From assembly GCA_031265445.1 (NCBI GenBank), contig JAISCQ010000206.1:1-21930 (forward strand): a stretch of DNA of 21,930 nucleotides. Direction: 5' to 3'. The notes under the pieces were generated by a model. The model was not told the origin of the DNA. It made no database searches and saw only the letters and a program-made list of their open reading frames with translations. The DNA comes from Bacteroidales bacterium. Its GTDB lineage: Bacteria > Bacteroidota > Bacteroidia > Bacteroidales > UBA4181. Position 1 is the first letter of the stretch. Every line of letters begins with the position of its first letter. The position numbers were made by a program, and so were the translations under genes. This document shows, piece after piece, positions 7,348 to 16,700 of this stretch.

Positions 7348-8661
7348 CTAAAAAAAGAAGCAAATCAGCAGGTTCGTGCGGAAGTTGGCTACTTCGGAGG
7401 CATCAACGATTTTTGCTTTATGATCGTTTTGTACCCTCCCGAATGCGGCTGCCGTGTATTCGAATTCGGCGGCAAACTGCCAGTTGTTCACGTTATAGAA
7501 CACATGCGGCGAAATGCGGTACATGTATTTAATGTCATGGGCGCGGGCGTACCAGGCTGCGCCTACTGCGTTGTCGAGCGTTCCCAGGCTGTTGAGGTAT
7601 CCGGCCAGCAAGCCTGCCTGCAATTTCTTGCCGTAGTCCACATTCACCCAGTAGTTCATGTGTTGCGTGGGTGTGTATTGCTCGTGCCCGGTATTCGGGT
7701 CAATAGCGCTCACCGCATAACCGCCGATCATCAACGACTCGGTGGTATTTTGCGCATAAGTGGCTTGCGCTTTGAACACCCAACTGCCGGCCTGATACTG
7801 TGCATAAGCCTGTACGGCATAAGTAGTGAGTTTTTCGTCGGTCTTGTATTTCGGTCCGTTGGTATCGGTATAGTCGGTCATTGTATAAAGGCGCGGTTTA
7901 ATGGATTTTATGCTTCCAACGATTCCAGCCTGGAACGCCGGGGTTTTGTATGCGACATTGACGGCAAATTCGGGCCACAGGGCATCGCGCAGATAGGTCG
8001 GACTTTTAACCGAGGTAGATGCGGTGCCGGGCGCAGGCCCCAGCGAAGCGTAGTCGCTTTGGTATACGGCAATGGCCGAGAGGAGCCAATGTCCCGGCTT
8101 GTAGTCGAACCGTACCTGATCGCTCCGGTTGAACGCCCAGAACGGCGCCCCGGTATTGAGTGCAATTACGTTAGGAACACAACCGGCGGCCAGCGGGTGC
8201 CATGTACGCCCCACGAGCAGGTTGGCTTTGGACCAGGCAAGGCCGGTATATGCCTGACGCAGGCGCACTCCGTTGGTATTGGAAGTTCCCGTGAAGTCGA
8301 ACTCAATGTAAGCCGACGATTTGGCGCCAAACACATCGGGAGCATAAAATCGCGTGCAAAGGCGCGATGCAATGGAAACAAAGTTGGCTTTGGGCGCGGC
8401 ATTAAGATCCTTGCCGTTGGCATCGAGCATTTTGTTCGAGGGGTAAAACGTAAACAATCCTTCAACAGCTTCGGCAGTCTGACGCGTATCATAGATGTAG
8501 TCGATCCGGGCAAACCCCGAAATTTGCAACCCAAACGAGCGGCCCAGCCGGATTGTGTCGTTACGGGAAAAAACCGGCAGGCAAAACAACTGTAAAACAG
8601 TGAATAACAAGAAAAAACATCGCGAAATAATTCTCATGGTTGTGCTATTTTCGGGACGCAA
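7348..8661 (-). CDS. Outer-membrane beta-barrel protein / putative porin with N-terminal signal peptide
   Basis: There is a hydrophobic signal peptide (MRIISRCFFLLFTVLQLFCLPVFS). Alternating amphipathic strands are rich in Y/F/W/N/G, and the protein ends in an aromatic residue (CFFF) typical of OM barrels. Length is 437 aa. Confidence 0.7.
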   Translation of the reverse strand: MRPENSTTMRIISRCFFLLFTVLQLFCLPVFSRNDTIRLGRSFGLQISGFARIDYIYDTRQTAEAVEGLFTFYPSNKMLDANGKDLNAAPKANFVSIASRLCTRFYAPDVFGAKSSAYIEFDFTGTSNTNGVRLRQAYTGLAWSKANLLVGRTWHPLAAGCVPNVIALNTGAPFWAFNRSDQVRFDYKPGHWLLSAIAVYQSDYASLGPAPGTASTSVKSPTYLRDALWPEFAVNVAYKTPAFQAGIVGSIKSIKPRLYTMTDYTDTNGPKYKTDEKLTTYAVQAYAQYQAGSWVFKAQATYAQNTTESLMIGGYAVSAIDPNTGHEQYTPTQHMNYWVNVDYGKKLQAGLLAGYLNSLGTLDNAVGAAWYARAHDIKYMYRISPHVFYNVNNWQFAAEFEYTAAAFGRVQNDHKAKIVDASEVANFRTNLLICFFF

Positions 8662-8687
8662 GATACAATAAATTCATGATTTTTACA

Positions 8688-8695
8688 TAAATTTG
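8688..8695 (+). promoter_or_regulatory. Candidate -7 box TAaaTTTG for the DUF362 gene
   Basis: An exact TAnnTTTG lies about 34 bp upstream of the ATG at 8729. No clear -33 TTTG was found. Confidence 0.35.
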
Positions 8696-8728
8696 CATGT
8701 TGTATCGCAACTCATCAAAAAATCAAAA

Positions 8729-9838
8729 ATGTCAAAGGTTTATTTCACCAATTTAAGGATCAAAAATGGGCGTAGCTTGTTGGACAAGCTGGAAACGCTG
8801 ATCAGGAAAGCCGGAATCGAACAGATCGATTTTGCAGGGAAGTTCACTGCTGTGAAAATTCATTTCGGCGAACCGGGTAACCTGGCTTACATCCGTCCGA
8901 ATTATGCCGCACGGGTGGTACAATTCCTGCAAAAGAAGGATGCCAAGGTTTTTCTTACCGACTCCAATACACTGTATTCCGGTCGTCGCTCAAATGCGGT
9001 GGATCATCTGCAAGCCGCTATGGAGAACGGGTTCAATCCTATTGCTGTGCCGTGTCCGGTAATTATTGCCGACGGACTCAAAGCCATTGATTACCGCGAG
9101 GTGGTCATAGACTGCGAATATTGCAGCACCGCCAAAATAGGCGCCGCCATTGCCGACGCCGACATCATCATTTCCATGACGCACTTCAAGGGACACGAAC
9201 AAACCGGATTTGGCGGAGCGCTCAAGAACCTGGGCATGGGTTCGGCTTCGGCGGCAGGAAAGCTGGAGTTACACTCGTCGTCACAACCGGTCATTAACGA
9301 AGAAAAATGCACTTCGTGCGGACAGTGCGTCAAGTATTGCGCATCGGATGCCGTTCGACTCAACGAAAAGAAAAAAGCGGAGATCGACTGTGCAAATTGC
9401 GTTGGATGCGGTCAATGCGTTGCCGTGTGCCAGTACGACGCCGCACAGGTGGTGTGGAACAACTCGTCGGACATCACCAATTACAAGGTAGCCGAGTATT
9501 CGCTGGCTGTGGTGAAGGATAAACCGAATTTCCACATCAGTTTTATCATGGATGTATCGCCGTTGTGCGATTGTTGGGGTTGCAACGATGCCGCCATCGT
9601 GCCGAACATTGGTATTGCCGCTTCGTTCGATCCGGTAGCGCTCGATAAGGCTTGCGCCGATATGGTAACCGCAGCGGCAGCCAACACCGGAACCTGCCTC
9701 GATGTTCACGAATACGGTAAATTACAGGGAGAAGACAAGTTTCATCTGCTCTATCCCAAAACAGACTGGAAAGTTGGATTGGCCCATGCCGAAAAAATCG
9801 GGTTGGGAAGCATCGAATACGAATTGGTTACAGTATAA
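8729..9838 (+). CDS. DUF362-domain protein with a tandem 4Fe-4S ferredoxin domain
   Basis: Two CxxCxxCxxxC ferredoxin motifs are present (CTSCGQCVKYCASDA and CANCVGCGQCVAVCQYDA). They sit within a DUF362-type scaffold (FAGKFTAVKIHFGEPGNLAYIRP ... HFKGHEQTGFGGALKNLGMG ... SPLCDCWG). The listed ORF starts at 8693, and the Met at 8729 (MSKVYFTN) is the more likely start. Confidence 0.85.
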   Translation: MSKVYFTNLRIKNGRSLLDKLETLIRKAGIEQIDFAGKFTAVKIHFGEPGNLAYIRPNYAARVVQFLQKKDAKVFLTDSNTLYSGRRSNAVDHLQAAMENGFNPIAVPCPVIIADGLKAIDYREVVIDCEYCSTAKIGAAIADADIIISMTHFKGHEQTGFGGALKNLGMGSASAAGKLELHSSSQPVINEEKCTSCGQCVKYCASDAVRLNEKKKAEIDCANCVGCGQCVAVCQYDAAQVVWNNSSDITNYKVAEYSLAVVKDKPNFHISFIMDVSPLCDCWGCNDAAIVPNIGIAASFDPVALDKACADMVTAAAANTGTCLDVHEYGKLQGEDKFHLLYPKTDWKVGLAHAEKIGLGSIEYELVTV

Positions 9839-9886
9839 AAGCCCCCTTACACATCTTGCGATTTTACATGTCTTACACGTTCTACC

Positions 9887-10798
9887 ATGTGGGAACAAGC
9901 AGTTAAAGATTTCGTTGCCTACCTGAAAATCGAGAAATCCTTGTCCATTAACACCATCGAGGCATATATCGACGACATGAACAAACTGCAGGCATATTTG
10001 CAGTCAATCGGTTCGTCGGCCGCGCCACAGGAAGTAACTCCTGCGATGTTGTCGGATTTTCTGGTATACGAAGGGGAGCTGGGCATGCGGGCGCGTTCGC
10101 AGGCGCGTATGCTATCCGGTATCCGTGCGTTTTACAAATACCTGCTGATGGATAACCTGATTGACGCGGATCCCACTCGTCTGGTGGATTACCCGAAGAT
10201 TGGCCGCAAGTTGCCCGACGTGCTCACCGTGCAGGAAATAGATGCGCTGTTGGGCGCTATCGACCTGAGCCTGCCGGAAAGTCAGCGTAATAAGGCGATG
10301 ATCGAAACCATGTATAGTTGCGGACTGCGGGTATCAGAGCTGACAGGATTGCATCTTTCCGATTTGTATCTGAAGGAAAGTTTTATTAAAGTGAAAGGCA
10401 AAGGCAGCAAGGAACGGATGGTGCCCATCAGCGATAAGGCCATACACGAAATCAAGCTGTATATGTCCGATCGCGCCAAGCTGGATATTGCTCGCGGACA
10501 CGAGGATTTCCTGTTTCTCAACCGGCGTGGCAAAATGCTTTCGCGTGTGATGGTGTTCACCATCATCAAGAACCTGTCGGCAACCATTGGTTTGCAGAAA
10601 AGCATCAGTCCGCATACGTTCCGTCATTCATTTGCCACACACCTGGTGGAAGGCGGCGCCGACCTGCGTGCCGTACAGGAGATGCTCGGACACGAATCGA
10701 TTCTTACCACCGAAATATACACCCACTTGGACCGTAGCTTTTTGAGGCAGACCATTGTGGAATTTCATCCGCGAAGTCGAAAAAGGAGTGAAGAGTGA
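9887..10798 (+). CDS. xerD: Site-specific tyrosine recombinase XerD
   Basis: There is an N-terminal core-binding domain (FVAYLKIEKSLSINTIEAYIDDMNKL). The catalytic domain carries the R...HxxR...Y signature (GLRVSELTGL ... HTFRHSFATHLVEGGADLRAVQEMLGHESILTTEIYTHL). Length is 303 aa. Confidence 0.9.
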   Translation: MWEQAVKDFVAYLKIEKSLSINTIEAYIDDMNKLQAYLQSIGSSAAPQEVTPAMLSDFLVYEGELGMRARSQARMLSGIRAFYKYLLMDNLIDADPTRLVDYPKIGRKLPDVLTVQEIDALLGAIDLSLPESQRNKAMIETMYSCGLRVSELTGLHLSDLYLKESFIKVKGKGSKERMVPISDKAIHEIKLYMSDRAKLDIARGHEDFLFLNRRGKMLSRVMVFTIIKNLSATIGLQKSISPHTFRHSFATHLVEGGADLRAVQEMLGHESILTTEIYTHLDRSFLRQTIVEFHPRSRKRSEE

Positions 10799-10829
10799 AG
10801 AACATCTTATATATATCTGTCAGGGATTC

Positions 10830-11125
10830 CATGCAAGCTTGCAAAGATCGCTTGAAAGCGATCGGGAGCGCTTTACACGCCTGCAAAGCATCCGTAATTT
10901 CTTTCGGACATGGTTTGCAAGCCTGCAAAGCATGTCGATACATGTTCAAAAGGTGTTTGCAAGGTTACAAAGCATATCGGTACATGTTCAAAAGGTGTTT
11001 GCACGGCTGCAAACCATTCAAAACAGTTTACGGGGATAGCTTGCAGGCTTGCAAACTGCTTCTAACCGGTTACATGAATACTTTGCAAGCCTGCAAAGCA
11101 TGGGTGAAGGATTTAGATGGAATCA
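10830..11125. repeat. About 7-unit degenerate tandem repeat array with 42-bp period. The conserved palindromic core is TTGCAAGCCTGCAAAGCATG (TTGCA-N4-TGCAA), separated by roughly 22-bp variable segments
   Basis: Core copies begin near 10832, 10879, 10916, 10958, 11000, 11042 and 11084, with spacing of 41-43 bp. Units at 10916 and 10958 also share their variable segment. An extra palindrome GATCGCTT-ga-AAGCGATC lies at 10845-10863. The array fills the xerD-GNAT intergenic region. Confidence 0.75.
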
Positions 11126-11136
11126 TGTACAATCTA

Positions 11137-11627
11137 TGAACATCAGGAAAGCAACATCGGACGATGCCCGCGCTATTTGTAATATCTACAATTATTACAT
11201 CGAAAACACCGCAATCACTTTTGAAACGGCGCCTGTTTCGGAGAGAGAGATGAAACGGCGCATCAGCGAAGTCTTCGAGTCGGGTTACTCATTCTTCGCG
11301 GGTGAAAACGAAGGTAAAATCATCGGGTATTACTATACGCACCGATGGAACAGTCGCCGCGCCTATGCCACTACCGTCGAAGAAAGCATATACCTGGACA
11401 AGGACGAAAAGGGCAAGGGATATGGCACGCAAATGTTCGAGCATCTGTTACAGCGCATCGACCGAAGCAAAATCCACGTACTTCTGGGCGTTATTTGCAT
11501 CCCGAATGAAGGTAGCGTACGGCTGCATGAGAAATTCGGCTTCAAACAGGTATCGTATATGAAAGAGATCGGGCGCAAGTTCGATCAGTGGCGGGACGTG
11601 GGACATTGGCAACTAACGTTTTGCTGA
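11137..11627 (+). CDS. GNAT family N-acetyltransferase (YncA / phosphinothricin-acetyltransferase-like)
   Basis: Residues MNIRKATSDDARAICNIYNYYIENTAITFE are followed by acetyl-CoA motif A (KGKGYGTQMFEHLL) and a C-terminal YncA/PAT-like tail (VRLHEKFGFKQV). The listed ORF starts at 11049 inside the repeat array. The Met at 11137 gives a typical 163-aa GNAT. Confidence 0.85.
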
Positions 11628-11649
11628 TGCAGTAGCCGGCGTCATGAAA

Positions 11650-12591
11650 TTACTGTCCGTTTTGCTTTAAGCGGGTAATTTCAGCAAGAAGGCCGGCCCG
11701 TTCTTTTTCGAATTTTTCATGTTCCTTTTCGAATTTTTCACGTTCCTTTTCGAGTTCTGCACGTTTTTTTTCGAGTTCTTTTTTGAATTCTTCGCGCTCT
11801 ATCCGTCCTTCTTCCAGACCTTCCTTTCTACCTTTCGCAATTCCTTCATCTCTTGCGGAAGATACGTCGCTCAAATCCTTACTGCGCATTTCCATTGCAT
11901 AATCGTATGCCTTCCGTTCTTCCGGCGTGAGATTGTTTCTGTCAAGAACTTCGCGCGCCTTTTGCAAGCCCCTGGCCTTAAATTCGTCCTTTACAGCATT
12001 ATTTTTCAGCATGTAAATCCATTCGTCAAGCGTATCCTTCGTGATGTCGTCAAAATTGTTGACTTTCAAAATGTAGTACTCGGGATAAATATCGCCCGCC
12101 ATTTCCTTGCCGAATGTCTGGCGCTGAACTTCGGAGAGACGGAGTTCATCCCTGTTGTGCATGCCTGTGAAACTTGTTTTGCCATGATAGACATAATCGC
12201 TTCCCTGCCCCAAATCGAAATACACGATGTTGATGGAATAAATTTTACTTACTTCCTTATATTTCATTCCCTGAACCATGCGCCCGGTTACCGCCTTGCT
12301 TGTCCCGAACAGCATGCGGTGCAAATAATCGAGTTCCGTCTCGAACTGCAATTCTATCAGCATGATTTCCCCCGATACATCCTCGACAAGAATGTCAACC
12401 CTGTTCTGTTTGTCTTTGGGGTATTCCCTGTTACTTTCGCTTTCGCCGATACTCTTTAGCGAAACCTCGCGCATCAGAAGCTCGCTCAAAAAGCCTTCCA
12501 GTATGTCAAAATGGGCTTTGTCGCGCAATAATAATTTTATCGCATAGTCGAATGATATCAATACCCGTTCGCCTTTTTTATCCTCTTCCAT
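11650..12591 (-). CDS. Rpn-family (YhgA-like) recombination-promoting nuclease / PD-(D/E)xK 'putative transposase' family protein with a C-terminal coiled-coil
   Basis: The nuclease core reads VDILVEDVSGEIMLIELQ (D...E.Q). The overall architecture matches the PDDEXK_2/Rpn family. The C-terminus contains EKFEKEHEKFEKER heptad repeats, encoded by 24-bp DNA tandem repeats at about 11700-11790. Length is 313 aa. Confidence 0.8.
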   Translation of the reverse strand: MEEDKKGERVLISFDYAIKLLLRDKAHFDILEGFLSELLMREVSLKSIGESESNREYPKDKQNRVDILVEDVSGEIMLIELQFETELDYLHRMLFGTSKAVTGRMVQGMKYKEVSKIYSINIVYFDLGQGSDYVYHGKTSFTGMHNRDELRLSEVQRQTFGKEMAGDIYPEYYILKVNNFDDITKDTLDEWIYMLKNNAVKDEFKARGLQKAREVLDRNNLTPEERKAYDYAMEMRSKDLSDVSSARDEGIAKGRKEGLEEGRIEREEFKKELEKKRAELEKEREKFEKEHEKFEKERAGLLAEITRLKQNGQ

Positions 12592-12619
12592 AACTCTCCT
12601 CTCTATATTTTTTATTATT

Positions 12620-13546
12620 TTATTGATTCAGTGTTTTAAGACGGGCAAGCTCTGCGAGCAGGAGTTCCTTTTCGGCAATAGCGGCTTCTTTTTCGGTGCG
12701 TTCACGGGCAAGAGCAACGTCTTTTTCGGCAAGAGCAGCGTCTTTTTCGGCAAGAGCAGCTTCCTGCTGTTCAATTTTTTGCAGGTTGTCTTTTTCCGAC
12801 GATTCCAGCAATTCCTGATAAGTCTCCCATGCTTCGATTTCGGCTTCTATCCTCGCGCGTTCTTTGGCGTCGGAAGCGCAATAATGCAGGATATCCGTTA
12901 TCCGGCGAATATTTTTGTCTTCAACCGGATAATGATAGTATTTTGTCATTTTGCTGTCGACAAAACTGTCCTGTATAAACACGCTCAGCAGCTTATCCAA
13001 ATCTGTCGTGTAACGTTCCTTTTCTATTTTGCGGGTTTGTACCACCACGCAGTTGTGCATTATGCGCTCTATAAAATGACTTTTTACATCCATGTCCGTT
13101 TCGTGGATTGCATCGAAATAGCTTTTGTTCACCCGAACACAGGACGTCGCAATCTCCGGCAATTCGAAACCTAAAATATAGATGGCGATTATCGGCAAGC
13201 CGGTTTCCCTGCCGTCAACCACATCATTCCGTTTATACTGCTCGGCAATATAGTTTCTGAACCGGCTGAGATTGGTTATTTTCAATGCTTTTTGAACTTC
13301 TATCAACACTTTCGTGTATTCACTGTCTCCGGTTTGGACGGTTGCAACAAAATCAAGCCGGTACATGCGCAGGGCTACTGCCAGCGCTTTTGCCTGTTCG
13401 TCTTCCATGTACATTACTTCCTGTGATTTCACTTCGATGGAAACTACAGGCTTGCCTAAAAGAGTACTTACGATGAACTTTGAAGTCTCGTTATCCTCCG
13501 TCAGTCTCTTGAAAACCGTGTCATATATTGGATTTGCTATAATCAT
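12620..13546 (-). CDS. Second Rpn-family (YhgA-like) PD-(D/E)xK nuclease paralog with a C-terminal coiled-coil
   Basis: The protein MIIANPIYDTVFKRL ... YRLDFVATVQTGDSEYTKVLIEVQ has the same fold family as its neighbour. The C-terminal repeats AALAEKDAALAEKDVALAR are encoded by 21-bp DNA tandem repeats at about 12690-12760. Length is 308 aa, and it lies 28 bp upstream of the first paralog on the same strand. Confidence 0.8.
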   Translation of the reverse strand: MIIANPIYDTVFKRLTEDNETSKFIVSTLLGKPVVSIEVKSQEVMYMEDEQAKALAVALRMYRLDFVATVQTGDSEYTKVLIEVQKALKITNLSRFRNYIAEQYKRNDVVDGRETGLPIIAIYILGFELPEIATSCVRVNKSYFDAIHETDMDVKSHFIERIMHNCVVVQTRKIEKERYTTDLDKLLSVFIQDSFVDSKMTKYYHYPVEDKNIRRITDILHYCASDAKERARIEAEIEAWETYQELLESSEKDNLQKIEQQEAALAEKDAALAEKDVALARERTEKEAAIAEKELLLAELARLKTLNQ

Positions 13547-13783
13547 GATCTTTAATTTTTTCCATGTGTTTTCATAAAATACCGTCTCTTTTTATGGTTT
13601 CGCCACGATCAGTCACATCCTGCCCAAGGCTACCCCAATAAACATGTTTTACAAGGGCCAAAGATAAATAGAATAATCCATACCGCGTTCCGAAATTTCA
13701 ATTTCATCGATTATTGGAATACATCATGTATCATTTTGATTTCTAACCGACATGTCATCCTTACAGGATTTAACTTATCGGTT

Positions 13784-16700
13784 TCATGGGTTAGAAACTC
13801 CGAATTTTCCATCCGGCGGAACAAGTGGCGCACTCGACGATACCGCCGTTGCCAGCGCCGCCTTGATTCCTTCCAATCCCTCATTGAATTGCGCCAATTG
13901 CGCAATCACTTGTCCCATCGGGTTGTCCTGTCCGATACCTGCCAGCTTGTTGTTTTTCAGGAAAATTGTTTTGATGGCTTCCCAACGGTTACGATCGCTG
14001 TCGGTGAGTTTCCCGGTGATTTCCTTTAATTTCAGCAGGTTTGCTTCGTTGTCGGAAGTCAGTGTCTGGGCTTCGCTTTCATAATGGTTCAGGATGAGGG
14101 TATCTACTTCGGCAGCGTTCATCAAGGGGAGGATGAGTCCTGTCATTTTGTTCATATCGCGGTACGAGCCTTGCAGTTTGAACGGCGGTTCGGTGCGGTA
14201 GGCATCCTTCGTGGCGGCACTGGCGATGTACTGCCGGTTCACTTGCAGTACTGTTTCGCGTACTTGCATGGCATGGCGCGCTACGGCAATGAAGTCGTCC
14301 ACATCCTGGCGGGTATGGTTGCCCTCGAGGTTGAGCAGCGTCTCGTCGCCGGTTTCCACGAACCGTATCAACCGATAGAAGTCGGCGAAACTTTTGCTGC
14401 CGACTTTTTGCAGGCAGGAGTTTTCGGCCATGGCGTTTTCGAGGAGACTCAGACGGAACAGGTCTTCCGAACCGCCGATGACGTCGCCGAGGTTGTACAC
14501 GTCGGCACGATTAGCGAGCATGTCGGGTATGCGGAACTTTTCGCCGCTCTCGGTGTAGGGGTTGCCGGCCATCACCACACAGAAGCGCTTGCCGCGAAGG
14601 TCGTAAGTTTTGCTTTCGCCGTCGAACGTGCCGTCCATCTTGCGCTGACCGTCGGCCAGCGAGATGAATTTTTGCAGAAATTCGGGGCTGCAGTGCTGTA
14701 TATCGTCGAGGTAGAGCATCACGCTGTCGGCCATCTCGAATGAGAGATTGATTTTTTTCAGTTCCTCGCGCGCGCCGGAAGTTTTGGCTTCGGACGGATC
14801 GATGGATGTGATGGAATGGCCGATGGTGGGGCCGTTGATCTTCACGAACGTCAATCCCATGGTCTTGGCCAGATATTCCATGAGTGTCGTTTTACCGTAT
14901 CCGGGAGGCGACACAAGCAGGAGCATCCCCATACGGGCGGTACGCTTGTCTTCTCCGGCTACGCCCAACTGTTTGGCAAGATTGGCGCCGATGAGCGGCA
15001 AGTATACTTCGTTGATGAGCTTATTGCGGACAAAGGATGTCAGTACGCGAGGTTTCAGTTCGTTCAGCTTCAATGTTTTCTTGAAATCTGCCACCAGCGT
15101 TTCTTTCAGATGGATAAACTCATTGTATGCCGGGACGCAGGTTTCCGTAAAGTAAGTCATCCTGTCGACAAAGCGATGGTAATCCTGTGCATAGAAACCG
15201 TTGACAATCACGGCATGGTTTCCTTTCAGACCGTCGGTGTCCATTTGGTCGCCGCTTCTGTGCAGGATATATTCGCCGCCGGTGTCGAATAACAACAGGC
15301 AGGCCGCTTCTTCCGGGTATTTTCGCAACTGTTCGCAGTTTTTCGATTCATCTATAAAAGACTCCAGCCAATTACATGTCAAATGGAAACGCTCCGCCTG
15401 ATCGAATGACTCGTCGCGGATGTCGGTTTCGAACCGGTGAAGGAAATCCTTTTTCCCGAGGTAATGAAGAAAATCCTTTTTTAGCGTTTCCGCCTGTTCG
15501 CTTTTGGTAAATGAGGGCGATGCGGAAAATTCGCGAAAGAGATATTCCGCTATGAGCGACTCCCTGCCCTCCTCTCCGCAAGGGAGGGAGAACACGCCGC
15601 CTGACGGTAACGGAAAACGAAGACTCTTCTCCGATTCCGGATCCTCTTTACGGAAGAGTTCTTTTATCCGCTCCATCACATATTTATAGTGATCCGATTC
15701 CGGGAAGACTTTCAGGACGGAACTTGCCGAAGCAATCATCTTTATCAGCCTGTCTCTCTGCATATCTTCAAGGCTGTACCAAAGCAGTTGCGCAGACGCC
15801 CGTATGCGGGGCGTGAACGAAAGTATTCCCAACTCTTTGTTTACAGCCTCGAGCATTTGGTAAATCCGCACCGCATCATCATCATGCACACCCTTGACAT
15901 ACGACTCCGAATAGCATTGCTCTACCTTGTGGGTGATGAAGGCTTTCGGGTCGAAATCTTTCGTCTTGCTCTTTTCTGCAAAAGTTTGCCAGGCAAGGTA
16001 TTCGGCGCGGTAAACCTGCGCATTTTCCGACACGGTTTCCTGCTCCCAGTAATCGCGGTAAGCGGCGAGACGTTCGCTGCGAAGCTCGTGGAAAAATCCC
16101 GTCCCCATGAGGTGGTAGAACAGACGGTTATCGCGCCGCACCACCGTGAGGTCGAGCGGCTGCCTGTTCACGGTAAACTTATGCGTCCCGAGGCTGATGA
16201 TCTGCTGCCCGTCCACAAACAGTTCGTTACGGTCTTTGAGCACGCGCAGCGCATCCTCGCGCGAGGTTTTCAGGCTGTTTTCGAGATTTTCGGCTTTCGA
16301 TACATCGCCGAGGCTTTTCAGGTCGTCCACCAATTGCCGTACCTTGTCAATCATCAGGTCGGATGAGAAAAACGATTGTATCTCCTCTTTGGTCTTGAAC
16401 GATTGTGCCTTGTTTTCAATGTTTTTCAACACCCGAAGCCCGATTTGCTCGAGCGATGAGCTGCGCCGGTTGATCTGCTCCATCAGTTGCGCTTTGCGAC
16501 CGTCGAATGCTTTGGTGATTTCGTCGCGCTTATCGGCAATCTTACCGATAAACTCGTCGAAATCGGCAAACTTGCCTTCCATTTCTTCCACCTGAATGCT
16601 CGCCTTGGCGAAATATTCGTCGCATTTGGGCAGCGAGGCGGCCAGTTCGAGGTAGTTTGCCACGCTCTGTTCGAGCAGGGTAAGCTGTGCGCTGAACTCG

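Noticed and set aside
7216-8595. 459-aa plus-strand ORF
   Set aside because: It is an antisense shadow of the porin gene (7348-8661, minus). Its translation is Gly/Arg/Val-rich and low-complexity with no recognisable motifs, whereas the porin frame has a signal peptide and a beta-barrel pattern.
10996-11014. Sigma-54-like -24/-12 element within the repeat core (GCACGGCTGCAAA)
   Set aside because: The core units have TTGCA rather than the TGGCA -24 element, and only one degenerate unit resembles TGGCAC-N5-TTGCA, so the match is coincidental.
10830-11125. CRISPR array interpretation of the 42-bp periodic repeats
   Set aside because: The core is only about 20 bp and degenerate (about 75-90% between units). 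The 'spacers' are about 22 bp and two are identical. There are no cas genes nearby and no leader.
10755-11139. ORFs of 94 and 114 aa (LQACKA / ARLQSI peptide repeats) and an 81-aa minus ORF across the 42-bp repeat array
   Set aside because: Three overlapping frames plus an antisense frame are all open across the same periodic DNA, which is typical of non-coding repeats. The GNAT gene's sensible start (11137) lies downstream. This is kept as an alternative only in the finding.
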